Positions 30,571-46,300 of a stretch of DNA of 64,000 nucleotides are shown piece by piece. This stretch comes from Eledone cirrhosa (lineage: Eukaryota), in the NCBI GenBank assembly GCA_964016885.1, contig OZ024743.1:373488001-373552000 (forward strand), given 5' to 3'. A program made the translations under genes and the position numbers. The notes beneath the pieces are model-generated. The model saw only the letters and a list, made by a program, of their open reading frames with translations, made no database searches and was not told where the DNA came from. The stretch's first letter is position 1. The number at the start of each line of letters is the position of its first letter.

Positions 30571-33500
30571 GTCCATATCTTTGGTCTATCTCTTTCACAT
30601 TACATGTCCATACCTTTGGTCTATCTCTTTCACATTACATGTCCATACCTTTGGTCTATCTCTTTCACATTACATGTCCATACCTTTGGTCTATCTCTTT
30701 CACATTACATGTCCATACCTTTGGTCTATCTTTCACATTAGATGTCCATACCAATGGTCTATCTCTTTCACATTACATGTCCATACCTTTGGTCTATCTC
30801 TTTCACATTAGATGTCCATACCTATGGTCTATCTCTTTCACAACATTACATGTCCATACCTTTGGTCTATCTCTTCCACATTACATGTCCATACCTTTGG
30901 TTTATCTCTTCCACATTACATGTCCATACCTTTGGTCTATCTCTTTCACATTACATGTCCATACCTTTGGTTTATCTCTTTCACATTAGATGTCCATACC
31001 TTTGGTCTATCTTTTTCCCAACATTACATGCCCATACCTTTGGTATATCTCTTTCCCAACATTACATGCCCATACCTTTGGTCTATCTCTTTCACATTAG
31101 ATGTCTATACCTTTGGTCTATCTCTTTCACAACATTACATGTCCATACCTTTGGTCTATCTCTTTCACATTACATGTCCATACCTTTGGTCTATCTTTCA
31201 CATTAGATGTCCATACCTTTGGTCTATCTCTTTCACAACATTACATGTCCATACCTTTGGTCTATCTCTTTCACATTACATGTCCATACCTTTGGTCTAT
31301 CTTTCACATTAGATGTCCATACCAATGGTCTATCTCTTTCACATTACATGTCCATACCTTTGGTCTATCTCTTTCACAACATTACATCTCCATACCTTTT
31401 GGTCTATCTCTTTCACATTACATGTCCACACCTTTGGTCTATCTTTCACATTACATGCCCATACCTTTGGTCTATCTCTTTCACATTACATGTCCATACC
31501 TTTGGTCTATCTCTTTCACAACATTACATGCCCATACCTTTGGTCTATCTTTCACATTAGATATCCATACCTTTGGTCTATCTCTTTCACATTAGATGTC
31601 CATACCTTTGGTCTATCTCTTTCACATTAGATGTCCATACCTTTGGTCTATCTCTTTCACAGCATTACATGTCCATACCTTTGGTCTATCTCTTTCACAT
31701 TGCATGTCCATACCTTTGGTCTATCTCTTTCACAACATTACATGTCCATACCTTTGGTCTATCTCTTTCACATTACATTTCCATACCTTTGGTCTATCTC
31801 TTTCACATTACATGTCCATACCTTTGGTCTATCTCTTTCACATTACATGCCCATACCTTGGGTCTATCTCTTTCACATTACATTTCCATACCTTTGGTCA
31901 TTCTCTTTCACATTACATGTCCATACTTTTGGTCTATCTCTTTCACATTACATGCCCATACCTTTGGTCTATCTCTTTCACAACATTACATGCCCATACC
32001 TTTGGTCTATCTCTTTCACAACATTACATGCCCATACCTTTGGTCTATCTCTTTCACATTACATGTCCATACCTTTTGTCTATCTTTCACATTAGATGTC
32101 CATACCTTTGGTCTATCTCTTTCACATTCCATGTCCATACCTTTGGTCTTTCTCTTTCACATTACATGTCCATACCTTTGGTCTATCTCTTTCACATTAG
32201 ATGTTCATACCTATTGTCTATCTCTTTCACAACATTACATGTCCATACCTTTGGTCTATCTCTTTCACATTACACGTCCATACCTTTGGTCTATCTCTTT
32301 CACATTACATTTCCATACCTTTGGTCTATCTCTTTCACATTACATGTCCATACCTTTGGTCTATCTCTTTCACATTACATGCCCATACCTTGGGTCTATC
32401 TCTTTCACATTACATTTCCATACCTTTGGTCATTCTCTTTCACATTACATGTCCATACCTTTGGTCTATCTCGTTCACATTAGATGTCCATACCTTTGGT
32501 CTATCTCTTTCATATTAGATGTCCATACCTTTGGTCTATCTCTTTCACAACATTACATGCCCATACCTTTGGTCTATCTCTTTCACATTACATGTCCATA
32601 CCTTTGGTCTATCTCTTTCACATTACATGCCCATACCTTTGGTCTATCTCTTTCACATTAGATGTCCATACCTTTGGTCTATCTTTCACATTAGATGTCC
32701 ATACCTTTGGTCTATCTCTTTCACATTACATGTTCATACCTTTGGTCTATCTCTTTCACATTACATGCCCATACCTTTGGTCTATCTCTTTCACATTACA
32801 TGCCCATACCTTTGGTTTATCTCTTCCACATTACATGTCCATACCTTTGGTCTATCTCTTTCACATTACATGTCCATACCTTTGGTTTATCTCTTCCACA
32901 TTTCATGTCCATACATTTGGTCTATCTCTTTCACATTACATGTCCATACCTTTGGTCTATCTCTTTCACATTACATGTCCATACCTTTGGTATATCTTTT
33001 TCACATTACATGTCCATACCTTTGGTCTATCTTTCACATTAGATGTCCATACCATTGGTCTATCTCTTTCACATTACATGTCCATACCTTTGGTCTATCT
33101 CTTTCACATTACATGTCCATACCTTTGGTCTATCTATTTCACATTACATGTCCATACCTTTGGTCTATCTCTTTCACATTACATGTCCATACCTTTGGTC
33201 TATCTTTCACATTAGATGTCCATACCAATGGTCTATCTCTTTCACATTACATGTCCATACCTTTGGTCTATCTCTTTCACATTAGAGGTCCATACCTATG
33301 GTCTATCTCTTTCACAACATTACATGTCCATACCTTTGGTCTATCTCTTCCACATTACATGTCCATACCTTTGGTTTATCTCTTCCACATTACATGTCCA
33401 TACCTTTGGTCTATCTCTTTCACATTACATGTCCATACCTTTGGTCTATCTCTTTCACATTACATGTCCATACCTTTGGTCTATCTCTTTCACAACATTA

Positions 33501-36500
33501 CATGCCCATACCTTTGGTCTATCTTTCACATTAGATATCCATACCTTTGGTCTATCTCTTTCACATTAGATGTCCATACCTTTGGTCTATCTCTTTCACA
33601 TTAGATGTCCATACCTTTGGTCTATTTCTTTCACAGCATTACATGTCCATACCTTTGGTCTATCTCTTTCACATTGCATGTCCATACCTTTGGTCTATCT
33701 CTTTCACAACATTACATGTCCATACCTTTGGTCTATCTCTTTCACATTACATGCCCATACCTTTGGTCTATCTCTTTCACATTAGATGTCCATACCTTTG
33801 GTATATCTCTTTCACAACATTACATGTCCATACCTTTGGTCTATCTCTTTCACATTACATGTCCATACCTTTGGTCTATCTCTTTCACATTACATGTCCA
33901 TACCTTTGGTCTATCTCTTTCACATTACATGTCCATACCTTTGGTCTATCTCTTTCACATTACATGTCCATACATTTGGTCTATCTCTTTCACATTACAT
34001 GTCCATACTTTTGGTCTATCTCTTTCACATTACATGTCCATACCTTTGGTCTATCTCTTTCACATTACATGTCCATACCTTTGGTCTATCTCTTTCACAT
34101 TACATGCCCATACCTTGGGTCTATCTCTTTGACATTACATTTCCATACCTTTGGTCATTCTCTTTCACATTACATGTCCATACTTTTGGTCTATCTCTTT
34201 CACATTACATGTCCATACCTTTGGTCTATCTCTTTCCCATTAGATGTTCATACCTATTGTCTATCTCTTTCACAACATTACATGTCCATACCTTTGGTCT
34301 ATCTCTTTCATATTACACGTCCATACTTTTGGTCTATCTCTTCCACATTACATGTCCATACCTTTGGTCTATCTCTTCCACATTACATGTCCATACCTTT
34401 GGTCTATCTCTTTCACATTACATGTCCATACCTTTGGTCTATCTCGTTCACATTAGATGTCCATACCTTTGGTCTATCTCTTTCACATTAGATGTCCATA
34501 CCTTTGGTCTATCTCTTTCACAACATTACATGCCCATACCTTTGGTCTATCTCTTTCACATTACATGTCCATACCTTTGGTCTATCTTTCACATTAGATG
34601 TCCATACCAATGGTCTATCTCTTTCACATTACATGTACATACCTTTGGTCTATCTCTTTCACATTACATGTCCATACCTTTGGTCTATCTTTTTCACATT
34701 ACATGTCCATACCTTTGGTCTATCTTTCACATTAGATGTCCATATCATTGGTCTATCTCTTTCACATTAGATGTCCATACCTATGGTCTATCTCTTTCAC
34801 AACATTACATGTCCATACCTTTGGTCTATCTCTTTCACATTAGATGTCCATACCTTTGGTCTATCTCTTTCACATTAGATGTCCATACCTTTGGTATATC
34901 TCTTTCACAACATTACATGTCCATACCTTTGGTCTATCTCTTTCACAACATTACATGCCTATACCTATGGTCTATCTCTTTCACATTAGTTGTCCATACC
35001 TTTGGTCTATCTCTTTCACATTACATGCCCATACCTTGGGTCTATCTCTTTCACATTAGATTTCCATACCTTTGGTCATTCTCTTTCACATTACATGTCC
35101 ATACTTTTGGTCTATCTCTTTCACATTACATGCCCATACCTTTGGTCTATCTCTTTCACAACATTACATGCCCATACCTTTGGTCTATCTCTTTCACAAC
35201 ATTACATGCCCATACCTTTGGTCTATCTGTTTAACATTAGATGTCGATACCTTTGGTCTATCTGTTTCACAACATTACATGCCCATACCTTTGGTATATC
35301 TCTTTCACATTACATGTCCATACCTTTGGTCTATCTTTCACATTAGATGTCCATACCTTTGGTCTATCTCTTTCACATTCCATGTCCATACCTTTGGTCT
35401 TTCTCTTTCACATTACATGTCCATACCTTTGGTCTATCTCTTTCACATTAGATGTTCATACCTATTGTCTATCTCTTTCACAACATTACATGTCCATACC
35501 TTTGGTCTATCTCTTTCACATTACACGTCCATACTTTTGGTCTATCTCTTCCACATTACATGTCCATACCTTTGGTCTATCTCGTTCACATTAGATGTCC
35601 ATACCTTTGGTCTATCTCTTTCACATTAGATGTCCATACCTTTGGTCTATCTCTTTCACGACATTACATGCCCATACCTTTGGTCTATCTCTTTCACATT
35701 ACATGTCCATACCTTTGGTCTATCTCTTTCACATTACATGCCCATACCTTTGGTCTATCTCTTTCACATTAGATGTCCATACCTTTGGTCTATCTTTCAC
35801 ATTAGATGTCCATACCTTTGGTCTATCTCTTTCACATTACATGTTCATACCTTTGGTCTATCTCTTTCACATTACATGCCCATACCTTTGGTCTATCTCT
35901 TTCACATTACATGCCCATACCTTTGGTTTATCTCTTCCACATTGCATGTCCATACCTTTGGTCTATCTCTTTCACATTACATGTCCATACCTTTGGTTTA
36001 TCTCTTCCACATTTCATGTCCATACCTTTGGTCTATCTCTTTCACATTACATGTCCATACCTTTGGTCTATCTCTTTCACATTACATGTCCATACCTTTG
36101 GTATATCTTTTTCACATTACATGTCCATACCTTTGGTCTATCTTTCACATTAGATGTCCATACCATTGGTCTATCTCTTTCACATTACATGTCCATACCT
36201 TTGGTCTATCTCTTTCACATTACATGTCCATACCTTTGGTCTATCTCTTTCACATTACATGTCCATACCTTTGGTCTATCTTTCACATTAGATGTCCATA
36301 CCAATGGTCTATCTCTTTCACATTACATGTCCATACCTTTGGTCTATCTCTTTCACATTAGAGGTCCATACCTATGGTCTATCTCTTTCACAACATTACA
36401 TGTCCATACCTTTGGTCTATCTCTTCCACATTACATGTCCATACCTTTGGTTTATCTCTTCCACATTACATGTCCATACCTTTGGTCTATCTCTTTCACA

Positions 36501-37349
36501 TTACATGTCCATACCTTTGGTTTATCTCTTTCACATTAGATGTCCATACCTTTGGTCTATCTCTTTCCCAACATTACATGCCCATACCTTTGGTATATCT
36601 CTTTCCCAACATTACATGCCCATACGTTTGGTCTATCTCTTTCACATTAGATGTCTATACCTTTGGTCTATCTCTTTCACAACATTACATGTCCATACCT
36701 TTGGTCTATCTCTTTCACATTACATGTCCATACCTTTGGTCTATCTTTCACATTAGATGTTTCATACCTTTGGTCTATCTCTTTCACAACATTACATGTC
36801 CATACCTTTGGTCTATCTCTTTCACATTACATGTCCATACCTTTGGTCTATCTTTCACATTAGATGTCCATACCAATGGTCTATCTCTTTCACATTACAT
36901 GTCCATACCTTTGGTCTATCTCTTTCACAACATTACATCTCCATACCTTTGGTCTATCTTTCACATGACATGCCCATACCTTTGGTCTATCTCTTTCACA
37001 TTACATGTCGATACCTTTGGTCTATCTCTTTCACAACATTACATGCCCATACCTTTGGTCTATCTTTCACATTAGATATCCATACCTTTGGTCTATCTCT
37101 TTCACATTAGATGTCCATACCTTTGGTCTATCTCTTTCACATTAGATGTCCATACCTTTGGTCTATCTCTTTCACAGCATTACATGTCCATACCTTTGGT
37201 CTATCTCTTTCACATTGCATGTCCATACCTTTGGTCTATCTCTTTCACAACATTACATGTCCATACCTTTGGTCTATCTCTTTCACATTACATGCCCATA
37301 CCTTTGGTCTATCTCTTTCACATTAGATGTCCATACCTTTGGTATATCT

Positions 37350-40300
37350 CTTTCACAACATTACATGTCCATACCTTTGGTCTATCTCTTTAACATTACA
37401 TGTCCATACCTTTGGTCTATCTCTTTCACATTACATGTCCATACCTTTGGTCTATCTCTTTCACATTACATGTCCATACCTTTGGTCTATCTCTTTCACA
37501 TTACATGTCCATACATTTGGTCTATCTCTTTCACATTACATGTCCATACCTTTGGTCTATCTCTTTCACATTACATGTCCATACCTTTGGTCTATCTCTT
37601 TCACATTACATGTCCATACCTTTGGTCTATCTCTTTCACATTACATGCCCATACCTTGGGTCTATCTCTTTCACATTACATTTCCATACCTTTGGTCATT
37701 CTCTTTCACATTACATGTCCATACTTTTGGTCTATCTCTTTCACATTACATGCCCATACCTTTGGTCTATCTCTTTCACAACATTACATGCCCATACCTT
37801 TGGTCTATCTGTTTAACATTAGATGTCTATACCTTTGGTCTATCTGTTTCACAACATTACATGCCCATACCTTTGGTCTATCTCTTTCACATTACATGTC
37901 CATACCTTTGGTCTATCTCTTTCACATTACATGTCCACACCTTTGGTCTATCTCTTTCACATTAGATGTTCATACCTATTGTCTATCTCTTTCACAACAT
38001 TACATGTCCATACCTTTGGTCTATCTCTTTCACATTACACGTCCATACTTTTGGTCTATCTCTTCCACATTACATGTCCATACCTTTGGTCTATCTCTTC
38101 CACATTACATGTCCATACCTTTGGTCTATCTCTTTCACATTACATGTCCATACCTTTGGTCTATCTCGTTCACATTAGATGTCCATACCTTTGGTCTATC
38201 TCTTTCACATTAGATGTCCATACCTTTGGTCTATCTCTTTCACAACATTACATGCCCATACCTTTGGTCTATCTCTTTCACATTACATGTCCATACCTTT
38301 GGTCTATCTTTCACATTAGATGTCCATACCAATGGTCTATCTCTTTCACATTACATGTACATACCTATGGTCTATCTCTTTCACAACATTACATGTCCAT
38401 ACCTTTGGTCTATCTCTTTCACATTAGATGTCCATACCTTTGGTCTATCTCTTTCACATTAGATGTCCATACCTTTGGTATATCTCTTTCACAACATTAC
38501 ATGTCCATACCTTTGGTCTATCTCTTTCACATTACATGTCCATACCTTTGGTCTATCTCTTTCACAACATTACATGCCTATACCTATGGTCTATCTCTTT
38601 CACATTAGTTGTCCATAACTTTGGTCTATCTCTTTCACATTACATGCCCATACCTTGGGTCTATCTCTTTCACATTAGATTTCCATACCTTTGGTCATTC
38701 TCTTTCACATTACATGTCCATACTTTTGGTCTATCTCTTTCACATTACATGCCCATACCTTTGGTCTATCTCTTTCACAACATTACATGCCCATACCTTT
38801 GGTCTATCTCTTTCACAACATTACATGCCCATACCTTTGGTCTATCTGTTTAACATTAGATGTCGATACCTTTGGTCTATCTGTTTCACAACATTACATG
38901 CCCATACCTTTGGTCTATCTCTTTCACATTACATCTCCATACCTTTGGTCTATCTCTTCCACATTACATGTCCATACCTTTGGTCTATCTCTTTCACATT
39001 ACATGTCCATACCTTTGGTCTATCTCTTTCACATTACATGTTCATACCTTTGGTCTCTCTCTTTCACATTAGATGTTCATACCTATTGTCTATCTCTTTC
39101 ACAACATTACATGTCCATACCTTTGGTCTATCTCTTTCACATTATACGTCCATACTTTTGGTCTATCTCTTCCACGTTACATGTCCATACCTTTGGTCTA
39201 TCTCTTCCACATTACATGTCCATACCTTTGGTCTATCTCTTTCACATTACATGTCCATACCTTTGGTCTATCTCGTTCACATTAGATGTCCATACCTTTG
39301 GTCTATCTCTTTCACATTAGATGTCCATACCTTTGGTCTATCTCTTTCACAACATTACATGCCCATACCTTTGGTCTATCTCTTTCACATTACATGTCCA
39401 TACCTTTGGTCTATCTCTTTCACATTACATGCCCATACCTTTGGTCTATCTCTTTCACATTAGATGTCCATACCTTTTATCTATCTTTCACATTAGATGT
39501 CCATACCTTTGGTCTATCTCTTTCACATTACATGTCCATACCTTTGGTCTATCTCTTTCACATTACATGCCCATACCTTTGGTTTATCTCTTCCACATTA
39601 CATGTCCATACCTTTGGTCTATCTCTTTCACATTACATGTCCATACCTTTGGTTTATCTCTTCCACATTTCATGTCCATACCTTTGGTCTATCTCTTTCA
39701 CATTACATGTCCATACCTTTGGTTTATCTCTTTCACATTACATGTCCATACCTTTGGTCTATCTCTTTCACATTACATGTCCATACCTTTGGTCTATCTC
39801 TTTCACATTACATGTCCATACCTTTTGTCTATCTTTCACATTAGATGTCCATACCAATGGTCTATCTCTTTCGCATTACATGTCCATACCTTTGGTCTAT
39901 CTCTTTCACATTAGAGGTCCATACCTATGGTCTATCTCTTTCACAACATTAGATGTCCATACCTTTGGTCTATCTCTTCCACATTACATGTCCATACCTT
40001 TGGTTTATCTCTTCCACATTACATGTCCATACCTTTGGTCTATCTCTTTCACATTACATGTCCATACCTTTGGTTTATCTCTTTCACATTAGATGTCCAT
40101 ACCTTTGGTCTATCTCTTTCCCAACATTACATGCCCATACCTTTGGTATATCTCTGTCCCAACATTACATGCCCATACCTTTGGTCTATCTCTTTCACAT
40201 TAGATGTCCATACCTTTGGTCTATCTCTTTCACAACATTACATGTCCATACCTTTGGTCTATCTCTTTCACATTACATGTCCATACCTTTGGTCTATCTT

Positions 40301-43300
40301 TCACATTAGATGTCCATACCTTTGGTCTATCTCTTTCACAACATTACATGTCCATACCTTTGGTCTATCTCTTTCACATTACATGTCCATACCTTTGGTC
40401 TATCTTTCACATTAGATGTCCATACCAATGGTCTATCTCTTTCACATTACATGTCCATACCTTTGGTCTATCTCTTTCACAACATTACATGTCCATACCT
40501 TTTGGTCTATCTCTTTCACATTACATGTCCATACCTTTGGTCTATCGTTCACATTACATGCCCATACCTTTGGTCTATCTCTTTCACATTACATGTCCAT
40601 ACCTTTGGTCTATCTCTTTCACAACATTGCATGCCCATACCTTTGGTCTATCTTTCACATTAGATATCCATACCTCTGGTCTATCTCTTTCACATTAGAT
40701 GTCCATACCTTTGGTCTATCTCTTTCACATTAGATGTCCATACCTTTGGTCTATCTCTTTCACAGCATTACATGTCCATACCTTTGGTCTATCTCTTTCA
40801 CATTGCATGTCCATACCTTTGGTCTATCTCTTTCACATTGCATGTCCATACCTTTGGTCTATCTCTTTCACAACATTACATGTCCATACCTTTGGTCTAT
40901 CTCTTTCACATTACATGCCCATACCTTTGGTCTATCTCTTTCACATTACATTTCCATACCTTTGGTCTATCTCTTTCACATTACATGTCCATACCTTTGG
41001 TCTATCTCTTTCACATTACATGTCCATACCTTTGGTCTATCTCTTTCACATTACATGACCATACCTTGGGTCTATCTCTTTCACATTACATTTCCATACC
41101 TTTGGTCATTCTCTTTCACATTACATGTCCATACTTTTGGTCTATCTCTTTCACATTACATGCCCATACCTTTGGTCTATCTCTTTCACAACATTACATG
41201 CCCATACCTTTGGTCTATCTCTTTCACAACATTACATGCCCATACCTTTGGTCTATCTGTTTAACATTAGATGTCGATAGCTTTGGTCTATCTGTTTCAC
41301 AACATTACATGCCCATACCTTTGGTCTATCTCTTTCACATTACATGTCCATACCTTTGGTCTATCTCTTTCACATTACATGTCCATACCTTTGGTCTATC
41401 TCTTTCACATTAGATGTTCATACCTATTGTCTATCTCTTTCACAACATTACATGTCCATACCTTTGGTCTATCTCTTCCATATTACATGTCCATACCTTT
41501 GGTCTATCTCTTCCACATTACATGTCCATACCTTTGGTCTATCTCTTTCACATTACATGTCCATACCTTTGGTCTATCTCTTTCACATTACATGTCCATA
41601 CCTTTGGTCTATCTCGTTCACATTAGATGTCCATACCTTTGGTCTATCTATTTCACATTAGATGTCCATACCTTTGGTCTATCTCTTTCACAACATTACA
41701 TGCCCATACCTTTGGTCTATCTCTTTCACATTACATGTCCATACTTTTGGTCTATCTTTCACATTAGATGTCCATACCAATGGTCTATCTCTTTCACATT
41801 ACATGTCCATACCTTTGGTCTATCTCTTTCACATTACATGTCCATGCCATTGGTCTATCTCTTTCACATTACATGTCCATACCTTTGGTCTATCTCTTTC
41901 ACATTAGATGTCCATACCTATGGTCTATCTCTTTCACAACATTACATGTCCATACCTTTGGTCTATCTCTTTCACATTAGATGTCCATACCTTTGGTCTA
42001 TCTCTTTCACATTAGATGTCCATACCTTTGGTATATCTCTTTCACAACATTACATGTCCATACCTTTGGTCTATCTCTTTCACATTACATGTCCATACCT
42101 TTGGTCTATCTCTTTCACAACATTACATGCCTATACCTATGTTCTATCTCTTTCACATTAGTTGTCCATACCTTTGGTCCATCTCTTTCACATTACATGT
42201 CCATACCTTTGGTCTATCTCTTTCACAACATTACATGCCCATACCTCTGGTCTATCTCTTTTACATTACATGTCCATACCTTTGGTCTATCTCTTTCACA
42301 ACATTACATGTCCATACCTTTGGTCTATCTCTTTCACATTAGATGTCCATACCTTTGGTCTATCTCTTTCACATTAGATGTCCATACCTTTGGTCTATCT
42401 CTTTCACATTACATGTCCATACCTTTGGTCTATCTCTTTCACATTACATGTCCATACCTTTGGTCTATCTCTTTCACATTACATGTCCATACCTTTGGTC
42501 TATCTCTTTCACATTACATGTCCATACCTTTGGTCTATCTCTTTCACATTACATGTCCATACCTTTGGTCTATCTCTTTCACATTACATGTCCATACCTT
42601 TGGTCTATCTCTTTCACATTAGATGTCCATACCTTTGGTCTATCTCTTTCACAACACTACATGTCCATACCTTTGGTCTATCTCTTTCACATTACATGTC
42701 CATACCTTTGGTCTATCTCTTTCACATTACATGTCCATACCTTTGGTGTATCTCTTTCTCATTAGATGTCCATACCTATGGTCTATCTCTTTCACAACAT
42801 TACATGTCCATACCTTTGGTCTACCTCTTTCACATTAGATGTCCATACCTTTGGTCTATCTCTTTCACATTAGATTCCATACCTTTGGTATATCTCTTTC
42901 ACAACATTACATGTCCATACCTTTGGTCTATCTCTTTCACATTACATGTCCATACCTTTGGTCTATCTCTTTCACATTACATGTCCATACCTTTGGTCTA
43001 TCTCTTTCACATTACATGTCCATACCTTTGGTCTATCTCTTTCACATTACATGTCCATACATTTGGTCTATCTCTTTCACATTACATGTCCATACCTTTG
43101 GTCTATCTCTTTCACATTACATGTCCATACCTTTGGTCTATCTCTTTCACATTACATGTCCATACCTTTGGTCTATCTCTTTCACATTACATGTCCATAC
43201 CTTTGGTCTATCTCTTTCACATTACATGTCCATACCTTTGGTCTATCTCTTTCACATTACATGTCCATACCTTTGGTCTATCTCTTTCACATTACATGTC

Positions 43301-46300
43301 CATACCTTTGGTCTATCTCTTTCACATTACATGTCCATACCTTTGGTCTATCTCTTTCACATTAGATGTCCATACCTTTGGTCTATCTCTTTCACAACAC
43401 TACATGTCCATACCTTTGGTCTATCTCTTTCACATTACATGTCCATACCTTTGGTCTATCTCTTTCACATTACATGTCCATACCTTTGGTCTATCTCTTT
43501 CTCATTAGATGTCCATACCTATGGTCTATCTCTTTCACAACATTACATGTCCATACCTTTGGTCTACCTCTTTCACATTAGATGTCCATACCTTTGGTCT
43601 ATCTCTTTCACATTAGATTCCATACCTTTGGTATATCTCTTTCACAACATTACATGTCCATACCTTTGGTCTATCTCTTTAACATTACATGTCCATACCT
43701 TTGGTCTATCTCTTTCACATTACATGTCCATACCTTTGGTCTATCTCTTTCACATTACATGTCCATACCTTTGGTCTATCTCTTTCACATTACATGTCCA
43801 TACATTTGGTCTATCTCTTTCACATTACATGTCCATACCTTTGGTCTATCTCTTTCACATTACATGTCCATACCTTTGGTCTATCTCTTTCACATTACAT
43901 GTCCATACCTTTGGTCTATCTCTTTCACATTACATGCCCATACCTTGGGTCTATCTCTTTCACATTACATTTCCATACCTTTGGTCATTCTCTTTCACAT
44001 TACATGTCCATACTTTTGGTCTATCTCTTTCACATTACATGCCCATACCTTTGGTCTATCTCTTTCACAACATTACATGCCCATACCTTTGGTCTATCTC
44101 TTTCACAACATTACATGCCCATACCTTTGGTCTATCTGTTTAACATTAGATGTCTATACCTTTGGTCTATCTGTTTCACAACATTACATGCCCATACCTT
44201 TGGTCTATCTCTTTCACATTACATGTCCATACCTTTGGTCTATCTCTTTCACATTACATGTCCACACCTTTGGTCTATCTCTTTCACATTAGATGTTCAT
44301 ACCTATTGTCTATCTCTTTCACAACATTACATGTCCATACCTTTGGTCTATCTCTTTCACATTACACGTCCATACTTTTGGTCTATCTCTTCCACATTAC
44401 ATGTCCATACCTTTGGTCTATCTCTTCCACATTACATGTCCATACCTTTGGTCTATCTCTTTCACATTACATGTCCATACCTTTGGTCTATCTCGTTCAC
44501 ATTAGATGTCCATACCTTTGGTCTATCTCTTTCACATTAGATGTCCATACCTTTGGTCTATCTCTTTCACAACATTACATGCCCATACCTTTGGTCTATC
44601 TCTTTCACATTACATGTCCATACCTTTGGTCTATCTTTCACATTAGATGTCCATACCAATGGTCTATCTCTTTCACATTACATGTACATACCTATGGTCT
44701 ATCTCTTTCACAACATTACATGTCCATACCTTTGGTCTATCTCTTTCACATTAGATGTCCATACCTTTGGTCTATCTCTTTCACATTAGATGTCCATACC
44801 TTTGGTATATCTCTTTCACAACATTACATGTCCATACCTTTGGTCTATCTCTTTCACATTACATGTCCATACCTTTGGTCTATCTCTTTCACAACATTAC
44901 ATGCCTATACCTATGGTCTATCTCTTTCACATTAGTTGTCCATAACTTTGGTCTATCTCTTTCACATTACATGCCCATACCTTGGGTCTATCTCTTTCAC
45001 ATTAGATTTCCATACCTTTGGTCATTCTCTTTCACATTACATGTCCATACTTTTGGTCTATCTCTTTCACATTACATGCCCATACCTTTGGTCTATCTCT
45101 TTCACAACATTACATGCCCATACCTTTGGTCTATCTCTTTCACAACATTACATGCCCATACCTTTGGTCTATCTGTTTAACATTAGATGTCGATACCTTT
45201 GGTCTATCTGTTTCACAACATTACATGCCCATACCTTTGGTCTATCTCTTTCACATTACATCTCCATACCTTTGGTCTATCTCTTCCACATTACATGTCC
45301 ATACCTTTGGTCTATCTCTTTCACATTACATGTCCATACCTTTGGTCTATCTCTTTCACATTACATGTTCATACCTTTGGTCTCTCTCTTTCACATTAGA
45401 TGTTCATACCTATTGTCTATCTCTTTCACAACATTACATGTCCATACCTTTGGTCTATCTCTTTCACATTATACGTCCATACTTTTGGTCTATCTCTTCC
45501 ACATTACATGTCCATACCTTTGGTCTATCTCTTCCACATTACATGTCCATACCTTTGGTCTATCTCTTTCACATTACATGTCCATACCTTTGGTCTATCT
45601 CGTTCACATTAGATGTCCATACCTTTGGTCTATCTCTTTCACATTAGATGTCCATACCTTTGGTCTATCTCTTTCACAACATTACATGCCCATACCTTTG
45701 GTCTATCTCTTTCACATTACATGTCCATACCTTTGGTCTATCTCTTTCACATTACATGCCCATACCTTTGGTCTATCTCTTTCACATTAGATGTCCATAC
45801 CTTTTATCTATCTTTCACATTAGATGTCCATACCTTTGGTCTATCTCTTTCACACTACATGTCCATACCTTTGGTCTATCTCTTTCACATTACATGCCCA
45901 TACCTTTGGTTTATCTCTTCCACATTACATGTCCATACCTTTGGTCTATCTCTTTCACATTACATGTCCATACCTTTGGTTTATCTCTTCCACATTTCAT
46001 GTCCATACCTTTGGTCTATCTCTTTCACATTACATGTCCATACCTTTGGTCTATCTCTTTCACATTACATGTCCATACCTTTGGTCTATCTCTTTCACAT
46101 TACATGTCCATACCTTTGGTCTATCTCTTTCACATTACATGTCCATACCTTTTGTCTATCTTTCACATTAGATGTCCATACCAATGGTCTATCTCTTTCA
46201 CATTACATGTCCATACCTTTGGTCTATCTCTTTCACATTAGAGGTCCATACCTATGGTCTATCTCTTTCACAACATTACATGTCCATACCTTTGGTCTAT

